Of a stretch of DNA of 64,000 bases, positions 48,818-58,732 are shown piece by piece. The notes beneath the pieces were generated by a model. That model had not been told where the DNA came from. It ran no database searches and saw only the letters and a list, made by a program, of their open reading frames with translations. The stretch is from a virus. The DNA lies in the IMG/VR virus record IMGVR_UViG_3300027749_000039, positions 64,001 to 128,000 of that record, one strand, 5' to 3'. Position 1 is the stretch's first letter; the number at the start of each line of letters is the position of its first letter. Made by a program: the position numbers and the translations under genes.

Positions 48818-51800
48818 TTATGCTGTGCGTATAGCGGCATTAGAATTACTTTGAATACTATTTACTCTATTTAGTGTAAACTTAATAGTAAATGTAAATG
48901 GTGAATTATCTGCTTGATTATACATTAGAAATTTCAATTCCTTTATATGTCTAACATTTTGACTTACTCCATTTAATATAATATATTGATAATTTGCACC
49001 ACTTTGACTATTATCTAATGCATTCATTTTAAAATAAATATTTATAGGAATATTTATTGTATTAAGAGATGTTAAATAATGTACTTGTTGTGTATTAGTT
49101 TCTTGTATATTAGTTAATTGTTGAACTGATGGGTGAATACTAGTTAATAATTTATTTGTTGAAGAAATTGAACTAGTTGTATCTATCCATTTTGAGCTAT
49201 CAATCAATGATTTATTATTACCTATAAAGGATAATACAGAAGCATCCGAATATCCTATATTGTATTCAGGTGATGATAATATATCAGTAATTGAGTTATT
49301 ACCATTTGTTGCAAATAAATTACCTATATTTTGACTTAACGGTGTAACTGTTGTTTGATTTACTGAATCATAGTTGACGCTCCAAAAAAATTGATTATCT
49401 ATTTGAGTTTTTGAAACACCAGTTACATCACTAGTTATTAATTCATCTTGGTCATCTACCCAAAATACTTGAGGCACCGCACTATTATACACGTCACTGT
49501 TAACACCAGACGTATATGTAGTGCTAGATAATAAACCTAATGTGCTATTCGGTGTTGAATTAGCAACTGTAATAAAGAAATCCTTAACTACATAAATATT
49601 ATTGGCATAAACTCTACCAGATGGAACACCAGGACCAACAAATGGAAATAAATAATCTTCACAATTAACCGTAAAGTTTAATACAGTATTTTTTTCAACA
49701 ATAAATTTATTGCTATTTTTAAATACCGTAACAACTAATTTGCCTTGTGCATTTGTTATAACTGCTTGTAATTCGGCAATTTTATCGGTTAATGATTTTA
49801 AATAATCCATCAAATCTATTGAATTGCCATTTACATCTTTAAATCCTGATAAAATTTTATCAGAAGATAAATAATAAGTAGAGTTATTAACAACAGTTTT
49901 TTGAGATAATAAATCATTTAATCCATTATTATTTAGAGTGGTTAATAGATTAGCTTTAATTGCCTCTTGTTTAGCATTATCTATTACTGAACTATTGTTA
50001 TTAACTGCGTTTAATAAGTTATCAGGAAATCCAACTGTAATGCTATTAGACCAATCAGAGTATAATGGAGAGTCTGGATAACCAACTTCTGAAATAGATC
50101 TCATTCTAATTAATATTGTTTCATTTTTTTGAATTGGTATATTTAATTGATTAATATTAATACTCTCTGGATTATTCATATCATCAACTACCCAAGTAAA
50201 AGAACCAGAAGAAGCATCATAAACTCTTTTTAATGCGGTAGTGCCTAATTGCTGCCAATTAGAATAAGCTGCTGTTTTTGGAACAGCAGATTTAGAAATT
50301 GTGCTAGATAAACCAACAGATGTATCATATAAAGTAAAAGTTTGTATTGGTGTTTCGCTACCATCTTTACTTAATCTTTTATATTGCACATCAAATTTAA
50401 CAATTTGTTGTGGCTTAACTAAATTAGCTTGCCCAGCATTTGAATATGTTGGTACCATTGCCGCTGGTATAGTCCAGAAACCTCTAACCGCAAATGTAGG
50501 CTCAACAGTTACATTTGTAGTTGATGTGGTTAATATTTGACTATTAACCGAATCTTTTAGATTACTAACTGAATGATATTGCGTATGTAATCCGTTTACA
50601 TCATTTAAAGCTTGTTGTTTATCAGCGTCACTACTAAATCTAGTTACCTGTATTTGCTTATTTTTAGATTGGATTGCATTTGAAATTTGTTGTAATTGAT
50701 TATCCAAACTAGAAACTTGTGAAGCTTGTTGCTTAATTAAATTAGAATTAGCTGTATTAGTTAAATGTAGGTTTGTTTGTATAACCTGAAAATTACTAGA
50801 TACTAAATATGGTGCAGTAGGTGTTATTCCTGTATTAACAGGTTGATTTCTATTAACTAAATCTTTTAAAGCAGCACCATAATCACTAACATTAGCATTA
50901 TAATATTGAGTCATCGATAAGCCATTATTATCATCGTAAGAGCTTAAACTCAAATCATTAGTATAATAACCTATGCCATAACTCCAATTTCTACTTAATA
51001 TGTAGTTTGTGTTATTTAATGCTTTGACAAAAAGAACATTTCTTTCATTATAACCAACTGGTATATTTATAGTTTGATCTGTTAATATAGGTGAATAAAA
51101 TTTCAATGTGTTAGTTCCAATCGGAATTGGTTGATTACCAGTAACAGATGTTAAAGTTATTTTAAAATTAGAAGATGAATTAGATATATTAGTAATTTGG
51201 AATATAGTATTTGCGTTAGCTATATTAACTATTAAAGAATCTCCAATAGCTAATTGCTTTGGTGTATTTGTTAATATTTCTGTATAAGTTAATGTATCTA
51301 TATAATACCATAATATATTATTAGTATCAGTTTCCGCTCTTAATACACTAAATATACCACTATATTGTAATTGATTTGGTGTTAATTGCATTGTTTCTTC
51401 TTTATAATCAGCATTACCCGGTGACAATACTCCCGGTGTTGTTTGCTGCCAACCTAAGAAATCATTCAAAACTATATTTGATTTATTATTAAATAATTGG
51501 TTAAAACTAGTTAACGCAGATGAACCTAAATTAGTTAATGTGCCAGTTGAATCAATTTCAAAAGAAATTACATATCTTCTATATAAGATTTCTTTAGTAT
51601 CCATATCAATTTTACCACTTAAATCAATGTTAATAAATAATTCTGGATCCATTAAAGCATCAAATAAATAATTTCTTTTACTAACAAAAGTAGTTGGAAC
51701 ATTTATTTGAGATATATCAGCTGGTTCTAAATTTAAATCAACTGTTATAATTCTTTGAAAACTATTTGGTCCAGTTTTCATAATAGCTCCATTATTATTT

Positions 51801-52036
51801 AATCCATATAAAGTATTAATATTATTATTCATTCTATTAATCTCCGATTGTAAATAACTAAATGACGGCATACTAACAACAGTTGGCGCACCAGTTGAAT
51901 CAACAACAGTTAAATTAACAGAAGCAGCAGTTGTTGTGGTTAAGCTATTAATGTTATTTAATAGTTGGACTACATTATTATTAAAGTTAATTATTTGTTC
52001 GGCAACCGTATGGTATGAATTATAAGTATTTGGCAT
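48818..52036 (-). CDS. 1072-aa putative virion/baseplate protein
   Basis: N/S/T-rich, central coiled coil, fibronectin-like IRMRSISEVG..SPLYSDWS segment; upstream TATATA. Confidence 0.5.
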   Translation of the reverse strand: MPNTYNSYHTVAEQIINFNNNVVQLLNNINSLTTTTAASVNLTVVDSTGAPTVVSMPSFSYLQSEINRMNNNINTLYGLNNNGAIMKTGPNSFQRIITVDLNLEPADISQINVPTTFVSKRNYLFDALMDPELFINIDLSGKIDMDTKEILYRRYVISFEIDSTGTLTNLGSSALTSFNQLFNNKSNIVLNDFLGWQQTTPGVLSPGNADYKEETMQLTPNQLQYSGIFSVLRAETDTNNILWYYIDTLTYTEILTNTPKQLAIGDSLIVNIANANTIFQITNISNSSSNFKITLTSVTGNQPIPIGTNTLKFYSPILTDQTINIPVGYNERNVLFVKALNNTNYILSRNWSYGIGYYTNDLSLSSYDDNNGLSMTQYYNANVSDYGAALKDLVNRNQPVNTGITPTAPYLVSSNFQVIQTNLHLTNTANSNLIKQQASQVSSLDNQLQQISNAIQSKNKQIQVTRFSSDADKQQALNDVNGLHTQYHSVSNLKDSVNSQILTTSTTNVTVEPTFAVRGFWTIPAAMVPTYSNAGQANLVKPQQIVKFDVQYKRLSKDGSETPIQTFTLYDTSVGLSSTISKSAVPKTAAYSNWQQLGTTALKRVYDASSGSFTWVVDDMNNPESININQLNIPIQKNETILIRMRSISEVGYPDSPLYSDWSNSITVGFPDNLLNAVNNNSSVIDNAKQEAIKANLLTTLNNNGLNDLLSQKTVVNNSTYYLSSDKILSGFKDVNGNSIDLMDYLKSLTDKIAELQAVITNAQGKLVVTVFKNSNKFIVEKNTVLNFTVNCEDYLFPFVGPGVPSGRVYANNIYVVKDFFITVANSTPNSTLGLLSSTTYTSGVNSDVYNSAVPQVFWVDDQDELITSDVTGVSKTQIDNQFFWSVNYDSVNQTTVTPLSQNIGNLFATNGNNSITDILSSPEYNIGYSDASVLSFIGNNKSLIDSSKWIDTTSSISSTNKLLTSIHPSVQQLTNIQETNTQQVHYLTSLNTINIPINIYFKMNALDNSQSGANYQYIILNGVSQNVRHIKELKFLMYNQADNSPFTFTIKFTLNRVNSIQSNSNAAIRTA

Positions 52037-52092
52037 CTTAAAAGATATGTTTTTATTATATATTAAATCTAATACTTTTCTAAAAAAATATT

Positions 52093-52123
52093 TTTGTTTT
52101 TTGAAATCTTTTGCGTATCTTTG
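52093..52123 (+). promoter_or_regulatory. Bacteroidota-type promoter (TTTG-N19-TATCTTTG)
   Basis: tttg 52093-52096, tatctttg 52116-52123. Confidence 0.8.
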
Positions 52124-52138
52124 TGTAAAAATATAATT

Positions 52139-53986
52139 ATGTCAATAGTAGAAAATCTAGTTAAACAACTAACTCAATACAATGAGGCGTATCGTTCAGG
52201 TGAAGCACTTATTTCCGATACTGAATATGATTTATTAGTAGAACAGCTCGAAGAATTAGATCCAAATAATTCTTTTTTCGATAATGTTGGTATAAAAGTT
52301 GCCGATAAAGAAAGAGAAAGAAAGTTGCCTATCACAATGGCTTCCATGAATAAGATTAAATCAATGGAAGAAGTTGCTGATTGGTGCCGCTTAAAAGGTA
52401 TACCTATTGATTCATATGTAGTATTAACACCTAAATATGACGGACTTTCATTATGTGTTGATGAAACTAAAAATAATGCTACTACTCGTGGTGATGGTAA
52501 ACTTGGACAAGCATCAGATGAACACTATAAGTTAATCAAAAATCATTTGAGCAATATTAATATGCCAACAGATATTTTTGAATTTACTTACGGTGAGGTA
52601 ATGATGTCAAGAGAAACTTTTAAAACAAAGTATTCTATGAACTTCGCTAATCCAAGAAATCTTGTTGCTGGTTTAATTAATAACAAACAAGCAACCGAAT
52701 CACTTAAAGATACTGAATATATTAAATATGGTGGTGTGTGTGCGGATGGTAATAGAAATCTCTTTGCGTATAAAAATGAAATGCTAACTATGTTAAATAA
52801 CTTGCAAAAGATTCAAGTTCCATTTAAAGTAGTTAAAATATCTGAATTGAACGAAGAATTTTTAGTAAATACATTTAAAGAATGGTCAATAGATTATGAA
52901 ATTGATGGTGTAATTGTAGAAATCAATGACTTAAAATTACAAGAAAAACTTGGACGTGAGCGTTCCGGAAACCCTGTATGGGCAAGAGCATTTAAATCTC
53001 CACAATTTGAGCAATCTGCAATTACTACTGTAATAGGTATATCATGGAATATATCTAAACAAGGTTACTTAAAACCTATTCTTCACATTGACCCAGTGCG
53101 CTTAGATGGTGTTACTGTATCTAATGTAACAGGTAATAATGCACGCTTTGTTAAAGATATGGGTCTTGGTATTGGAGCTAAAATTCGTGTTGTTCGTTCT
53201 GGTATGGTTATTCCTTTAGTTAAAGAGGTAATTGAACCAGTTGAATTTGTTATGCCTGATATTGATAATATTGGTTGGAATGAAAATGAGGTTGAGTTAA
53301 TAACTTTAACTGAAACAAAAGAACAAAAATTCAAGCAATTGGTTTCTTTCTTTGAAATACTTGAAGTAGAAAATGCTGGCGAGGGTGTATTCGCCCAACT
53401 TTGGGATGCTGGATATCAAACTGTTAAGCAAGTATTAGAGCTAAAGCCTGCTAATATGGAAAAACTTGAAGGTTTTGGTAAACGCAAAGCAGAAATTGTA
53501 TATAATGCCATTCAAAGTAGAGTAAATAATGTAGAATTATCTAAACTACAACACGCAACTGGTATATTTAAAATGCTTGGTAGTAAAAAACTTGCATTAT
53601 TAGAAGGCTTTAAGACTAAACCAACACTTGGTGAAGTAATGGCTATTGAAGGATTTGCTGAAAAGTCAGCAGAATCGTATTTAACTGGTTATGATTTATT
53701 TAATGATTTTATCAAAGACCTTCCAATTACTATTTCTGAAAAGAAAGTAGTGCAAAAAGCATCTAACGAATTAGAAGGTAAGTCATTCTGCTTTACAGGT
53801 GTTCGTTGCAAAGATTTAGAACCTATTATAGAAAGCAAAGGTGGCAAAATCGCATCTGGTGTTTCTAAAAGTTTAACTTATTTAGTTGCAAAAGACCCTA
53901 CTTCAGGTAGTTCTAAGTTAGTTAAAGCAGAAGAATTAGGTGTAATATTGTTAAGCGTCCAAGATTTAGAAAATTTATTGAAATAA
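52139..53986 (+). CDS. ligA: NAD-dependent DNA ligase
   Basis: YRSGEALISDTEYD, KYDG, EIDGVIV, AFK, HhH EGFGKRKA, BRCT FCFTG..GVSKSLTYLV; no Zn-finger cysteines evident. Confidence 0.95.
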   Translation: MSIVENLVKQLTQYNEAYRSGEALISDTEYDLLVEQLEELDPNNSFFDNVGIKVADKERERKLPITMASMNKIKSMEEVADWCRLKGIPIDSYVVLTPKYDGLSLCVDETKNNATTRGDGKLGQASDEHYKLIKNHLSNINMPTDIFEFTYGEVMMSRETFKTKYSMNFANPRNLVAGLINNKQATESLKDTEYIKYGGVCADGNRNLFAYKNEMLTMLNNLQKIQVPFKVVKISELNEEFLVNTFKEWSIDYEIDGVIVEINDLKLQEKLGRERSGNPVWARAFKSPQFEQSAITTVIGISWNISKQGYLKPILHIDPVRLDGVTVSNVTGNNARFVKDMGLGIGAKIRVVRSGMVIPLVKEVIEPVEFVMPDIDNIGWNENEVELITLTETKEQKFKQLVSFFEILEVENAGEGVFAQLWDAGYQTVKQVLELKPANMEKLEGFGKRKAEIVYNAIQSRVNNVELSKLQHATGIFKMLGSKKLALLEGFKTKPTLGEVMAIEGFAEKSAESYLTGYDLFNDFIKDLPITISEKKVVQKASNELEGKSFCFTGVRCKDLEPIIESKGGKIASGVSKSLTYLVAKDPTSGSSKLVKAEELGVILLSVQDLENLLK

Positions 53987-54651
53987 TGAAAATAGTAACA
54001 TTTAGTGATACACACAATTGTCACGATCAGGTGGTTTTGCCTGATTGTGACAATTGTATTTTTGGTGGCGACTTATCTGGTAGAGGTAACCGAATAGAAA
54101 CATCTTTCTTTTTTAGATGGTATAATGCACAAACGCAATGTAAACATAAAATTATGATTGTCGGAAATCACGATATATGTTTTCAAGAAAAATTTAATGA
54201 AGAAACACAAGCAAACCGTTGGCTCGAAACATTAATAGCGCAATATCCTGATATAATTGTATTAGATAATAGATACCCAGATGGAGTTAGAATTGAAGGC
54301 ATAAACATATATGGCAGCCCAGCTACACCATGGTATCATGGTGAAAGATGGGCATTTAACTACCATAGACAAGATATAGCAGAAATCTGGAGTAAAATTC
54401 CAACAAATACTGATATTCTTATAACGCATGGACCAGCTTATGGTATTTTAGACAAAACTTTAACAGAAAAAAATGCAGGTTGTCCAGAATTGCTACAAAG
54501 AATAAAAGAAATAAAGCCTAAATATCATATATGTGGGCATATACACGAATCATATGGTGCTCATTATGAGGATGAAACTATGCACATTAATTGCTCAATA
54601 ATTGATAAAGATTATTATCCAACAAATAAGCCAATAGATTTTATCTATTAA
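53986..54651 (+). CDS. metallophosphoesterase (MPPED-like)
   Basis: SDTH, GDLS, GNHD, LITHGP, CGHIHE. Confidence 0.9.
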   Translation: MKIVTFSDTHNCHDQVVLPDCDNCIFGGDLSGRGNRIETSFFFRWYNAQTQCKHKIMIVGNHDICFQEKFNEETQANRWLETLIAQYPDIIVLDNRYPDGVRIEGINIYGSPATPWYHGERWAFNYHRQDIAEIWSKIPTNTDILITHGPAYGILDKTLTEKNAGCPELLQRIKEIKPKYHICGHIHESYGAHYEDETMHINCSIIDKDYYPTNKPIDFIY

Positions 54652-54687
54652 ATAAAAAAACTGCTTAATTAAGCAGTTTTTTTATTT
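54650..54687. terminator. bidirectional terminator
   Basis: Palindrome aaataaaaaaactgcttaattaagcagtttttttattt between convergent genes. Confidence 0.85.
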
Positions 54688-56171
54688 TCAGTATATTTTT
54701 TTCCAGTAGTTCCAGTTATATAATTGTGTTTATAATACTCACCCATGGTTATATATGGATATATTCCTTTTTTTCTATCTCTTTCAACAATTACTAATGC
54801 GTTTAATATATCTTCTTCCAAATGTTTTATCCTATCAAATGATATTCTAACCATAGCTATATTATTTTGTTTACAATAATCATCTTTTAGTTTATCTGAT
54901 TTTTTTCTAGAAGATAAATCCTGATTATTATATACTTTCATAAAATGCGTAGGACCATCATATTCTATAACACAATTTAAATCTGGTAAATAGGTATCTA
55001 ATCTTAAAACTTTTTTATCCTTTAAATCATTAAATGTTTTCTGTGGTATATTAGTTATTTTTAGGATTTTTAATGTTTTTGCTAATACTTTCTCACCGTC
55101 CGTTTCTCTGCAAAATGGACATATACATCCATATAAAATTTTAGAAGGTTTTATTAGTAACTTTTCAATTTCACCCGAAGCATGTTTCTTTTTATTATTA
55201 CATATAACAATAACCTTTTGTTGAGTATTAACATATTTAGTTTCTTCAAAACTAAATTGTGGTATAATCTTACCATTATCATCTATAATAGTTTCAGTAT
55301 TTGCTTCTATGGCTCTATCTAAAAAAACATCTGGATTAATAGTTTTTTTCAAAGCTCTGGTTTTGAACCCACATTCACGACATCCATTTCCTTGCAAAAA
55401 ACTACTAGGTAATATTAAAAAATTTTTAATATTCCCGTCTTTATGCCATTTTTTATTATGGCAGGTAATTAACACCTTGGTATTATTCTTAATATAATTA
55501 ACTTTTTCATAACTATACTGTGGTATAACTTTATCATTATCATCTATAATAGTTTCGTTGTGTGCCTCTTTAGCCTTATTTACAAAATCGTCAGTATTGC
55601 TACTCTGTTTTAATGCCATATTTTTCTTCCCACATTTGGGACAACCCTCACTTCTCAAAAAATTAGAAGGTCTTATTGGAAAATCTTCAATATTTCCGGT
55701 TTTATGATTTTTTTTATTATGACATGTAATAATAACCTTATCTTTAGCTTTAACATAATTAGTTTTTTCATAACTATATTGTGGCACAACACTACCATTA
55801 TCATCTATAATAGTTTCAGTATGTATCTCTTTGGCTTTATTTATGAAATCACTTGTATTAAGTGTGTTTTTTAACGCAACATTTTTTACAGAACATTCAT
55901 TACAACCCTTTCCACTTAAAAATTCATTAGGTGATATTAGAAAATTTTTAATTTTTCTGTCTTTATGCCATTTTTTATTATGACATGTAATAATAACTTT
56001 ATCTTTACTACCAATATAATTTACCTTTTCGTAGCTATATTGTGATGTTTTATTTCCATTATCATCTTCAATAGTTTCAGGATGCTTTAATTTAGCTTTT
56101 TCTATAAACTCATCCTGAGTTAATTTTTTTTTCTCAAATATTTTATACTTAATCAAATACTTCATCTCCAC
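54669..56171 (-). CDS. endonuclease-like protein: four Zn-binding DUF723-like repeats plus PD-(D/E)xK/Vsr-like domain, with capsid-targeting-like N-terminus
   Basis: Four roughly 85-aa repeats FIxKAKxxHxETI.DDN...QYSYEK.NY...ITCHNKK...GC..C; LRLDTYLP...IEYDGPTH. Confidence 0.7.
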   Translation of the reverse strand: MEMKYLIKYKIFEKKKLTQDEFIEKAKLKHPETIEDDNGNKTSQYSYEKVNYIGSKDKVIITCHNKKWHKDRKIKNFLISPNEFLSGKGCNECSVKNVALKNTLNTSDFINKAKEIHTETIIDDNGSVVPQYSYEKTNYVKAKDKVIITCHNKKNHKTGNIEDFPIRPSNFLRSEGCPKCGKKNMALKQSSNTDDFVNKAKEAHNETIIDDNDKVIPQYSYEKVNYIKNNTKVLITCHNKKWHKDGNIKNFLILPSSFLQGNGCRECGFKTRALKKTINPDVFLDRAIEANTETIIDDNGKIIPQFSFEETKYVNTQQKVIVICNNKKKHASGEIEKLLIKPSKILYGCICPFCRETDGEKVLAKTLKILKITNIPQKTFNDLKDKKVLRLDTYLPDLNCVIEYDGPTHFMKVYNNQDLSSRKKSDKLKDDYCKQNNIAMVRISFDRIKHLEEDILNALVIVERDRKKGIYPYITMGEYYKHNYITGTTGKKYTENKKTA

Positions 56172-57049
56172 GGATTATTTTCTATTATTTTTATACCACT
56201 CAATCTCACTAATCCATTACCTAACTCTTTCAAATATTTCTTTAACTCACCTATAGTTCTATCACCCTGTTTACCATTAAAACTAATAGTTATTAAAGTA
56301 TTATCATCAATCGCTGCTTTTTGACCATAAATACGAGACTCATTCACTAAACTTAATACCGTATTATACAAATCTATGCCACGTATATTGCGCCAATTGA
56401 TACGCAACATAGCATCATTAAAATTAGTTACTTTAGAATCCCACTCCCTTGCATTAAAAAATTTATCAATAAATACCTTTTTTTTCTTACGATTAACTAT
56501 CTCATCTCCAATTGGTGATTTAGCTATAACATGCGCCGTTTCTATATCTTTTGGTGGATTATTCGCCTTTAAAATAAATTTCTGAAAAGGATTTTCTTTT
56601 AAATTAATTGGTGTATTTAAAGAAGCACCCTTGGAATATTTATTTCTTGGCTCTTCTTTATTTGACCATATCTTATCTAAATACTGACTTCTTACCTTAA
56701 TACCTTTTTTTAAAAAATCTTTACGTTCATTAAAATTATAAAATTGTTTAATCAATTTTATACGGTACGCTTCCTCAATAGGATATAATCTAAATATATC
56801 TAAATCTTTACTAACATAAATAGAAGCATCATTATAATAATTTAATTTCCATATAGATAATAACCACTCTTTATATTCCTCTAATTTATCAGCAAACACA
56901 GTTTCTAAATATAAAAATTGCTGATTAGTCCAATTCTTAAAAGATCCAACATTTTGCTTACGATAATATACCTTATCATTTTTAGCAATAGGCACAATCT
57001 TTACAAATTTAGTAGGCTTCATAGATTCAAATGTTAATAAATACTTCAT
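56162..57049 (-). CDS. hypothetical protein with capsid-targeting-like N-terminus (MKYLLTFES)
   Basis: TATATA-N4-ATG. Confidence 0.55.
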   Translation of the reverse strand: MKYLLTFESMKPTKFVKIVPIAKNDKVYYRKQNVGSFKNWTNQQFLYLETVFADKLEEYKEWLLSIWKLNYYNDASIYVSKDLDIFRLYPIEEAYRIKLIKQFYNFNERKDFLKKGIKVRSQYLDKIWSNKEEPRNKYSKGASLNTPINLKENPFQKFILKANNPPKDIETAHVIAKSPIGDEIVNRKKKKVFIDKFFNAREWDSKVTNFNDAMLRINWRNIRGIDLYNTVLSLVNESRIYGQKAAIDDNTLITISFNGKQGDRTIGELKKYLKELGNGLVRLSGIKIIENNPWR

Positions 57050-57134
57050 ATGGTATATATAAAAATGTGTATTTTATTTTAAGAAATATTAACCTTAGAT
57101 TTTATCTATTAAACAGAAAAAAATATGTTAATTA

Positions 57135-57166
57135 TTTGTTAAACACAAAAAATTGTCGTATCTTTA
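57135..57166 (+). promoter_or_regulatory. Bacteroidota-type promoter (TTTG-N20-TATCTTTA) upstream of the sigma gene
   Basis: tttg 57135-57138, tatcttta 57159-57166. Confidence 0.55.
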
Positions 57167-57300
57167 ATAGATAAAAATAAATATACAGAATTTTTATAAT
57201 TTGTTAAAAAAAAGTTAAAATTTTTACAACTTTTTTAAACTTTAATTATATAATATATAATTAAGCGATAAAAAGCAAATTATAAAAATTAACGGCAAAA

Positions 57301-57918
57301 ATGGCAATTAACACAACAACTTCACAACAGGAATCCCTCTTTAAAGAACGCACAGGCGAATCATTCGCATTTTTCTACGAAAAATTCTATCCAAGATTAG
57401 TTTACAACATTAACGGTATAACACAAGACGAAGTCCTAGCTGAGGACGTAGCTACCGAAGCGTTTATCAAAGCATTTGAAAAAATTGACCAGTATGAAAA
57501 AGGTAAAGCGCAGTTTTCAACATGGTTATTCACAATCGCAAGACACTTAGCATTACAAGAATTAAAACAAAGCAGGAAAGTATCTTCAATTGACTCCGAA
57601 GTAGATGAAGAAGGAACTACTATGAAAGACTTCTTACAAGAAGAAGACAATAATGATGAATTCTTATTTACATTAAATAACAAAAAGGCAGCACTAATCA
57701 AAAAATATATCGGTGAATTAAAACAACCATATAGAATGGTAATTGAAATGAGAGAAATAAAAAAGATGCAATATAAAGATATTGCGGATGAATTAGGTAG
57801 AAATCTTTCAACAGTAAAATCACAAATTAGACAAGGAAGAAATCTTCTAATTAAAGCATCTGAAAAGGAATTTAAATTATTAGATGAGCAAGGCTTAGAA
57901 GGTGAAATTTATTGCTAA
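57301..57918 (+). CDS. ECF-type RNA polymerase sigma factor
   Basis: Region 2 AEDVATEAFIKAF...FSTWLFTIAR; region 4 YKDIADELGRNLSTVKSQIRQGR. Confidence 0.92.
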   Translation: MAINTTTSQQESLFKERTGESFAFFYEKFYPRLVYNINGITQDEVLAEDVATEAFIKAFEKIDQYEKGKAQFSTWLFTIARHLALQELKQSRKVSSIDSEVDEEGTTMKDFLQEEDNNDEFLFTLNNKKAALIKKYIGELKQPYRMVIEMREIKKMQYKDIADELGRNLSTVKSQIRQGRNLLIKASEKEFKLLDEQGLEGEIYC

Positions 57919-57960
57919 TAAAAAATCGTTAATGTTAAAAAACATTAACGATTTTTTATT
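57917..57960. terminator. intrinsic terminator
   Basis: aataaaaaatcgttaatgtt-aaaa-aacattaacgattttttatt; TATCTTTG follows at 57976-57983. Confidence 0.8.
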
Positions 57961-57988
57961 TTAAGAATTATTTTGTATCTTTGAGCTT

Positions 57989-58732
57989 ATGAAAAAGCTT
58001 ATATTCTTATCATTATTGGCGAATAGCGTATTCGCACAAGACACGACCACATTTAAAGGTAATGTGACATTATTGGGTAATTATTCATCTGGTAATTATA
58101 ATGCAATTACAATAGGCGGTAAATTAAATTGTATTTATAATCGCAAGCATAATTTAGCAGAATTAACTTCCGCATATAGATATACTAAAATAGATGATAA
58201 ATGCTCACCAAAAGAAGATGAAAAATATGCGTTATTTTCATATTCACATCGTGTAAATAACATAAAAATAATTGGTGTAAGCGAAAATGAGATATCCTAT
58301 GTCAGGCAAATTGATTTAAGAGCTACAATAGGTTCTGGATTTGGCTATAAATTTATAAATACTAAAAAAACAGAACTTGAAATAAGTGAAGTTTTATTAT
58401 TTGAAGATATAAAATATTATAATAAAGAATATAACATATCAACATTAAGGTATTCTACAAGAATAAAATTTACTTATACAAATTATCCATTCAATTTTTC
58501 AACTATATGGTTAGTTCAGCCGCCAATATGGCAAACACAACCTATATCTCCTATTAATAATGGATATAAAGATAATTTTAATATGAGAAGTAATACAACA
58601 ATAGATATAAATCTATCTAAAAAGATAGTTATTGGCATATCAGATGAATTTATAATGCAAACTTATGTTAAACAATTTGGTAAAAAACCTGCCGATAATT
58701 CAGTTAACTTTTATATAAAATATTCATTTTAA
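57989..58732 (+). CDS. outer-membrane beta-barrel protein (DUF481-like)
   Basis: Signal peptide MKKLIFLSLLANSVFA|QD; alternating beta strands; LRATIGSGFGY; C-terminal YIKYSF beta-signal. Confidence 0.75.
   Translation: MKKLIFLSLLANSVFAQDTTTFKGNVTLLGNYSSGNYNAITIGGKLNCIYNRKHNLAELTSAYRYTKIDDKCSPKEDEKYALFSYSHRVNNIKIIGVSENEISYVRQIDLRATIGSGFGYKFINTKKTELEISEVLLFEDIKYYNKEYNISTLRYSTRIKFTYTNYPFNFSTIWLVQPPIWQTQPISPINNGYKDNFNMRSNTTIDINLSKKIVIGISDEFIMQTYVKQFGKKPADNSVNFYIKYSF

Noticed and set aside
56162-57049. HNH nuclease call from the TAHVIAKS motif
   Set aside because: The downstream Asn/His residues of an HNH motif are not evident.
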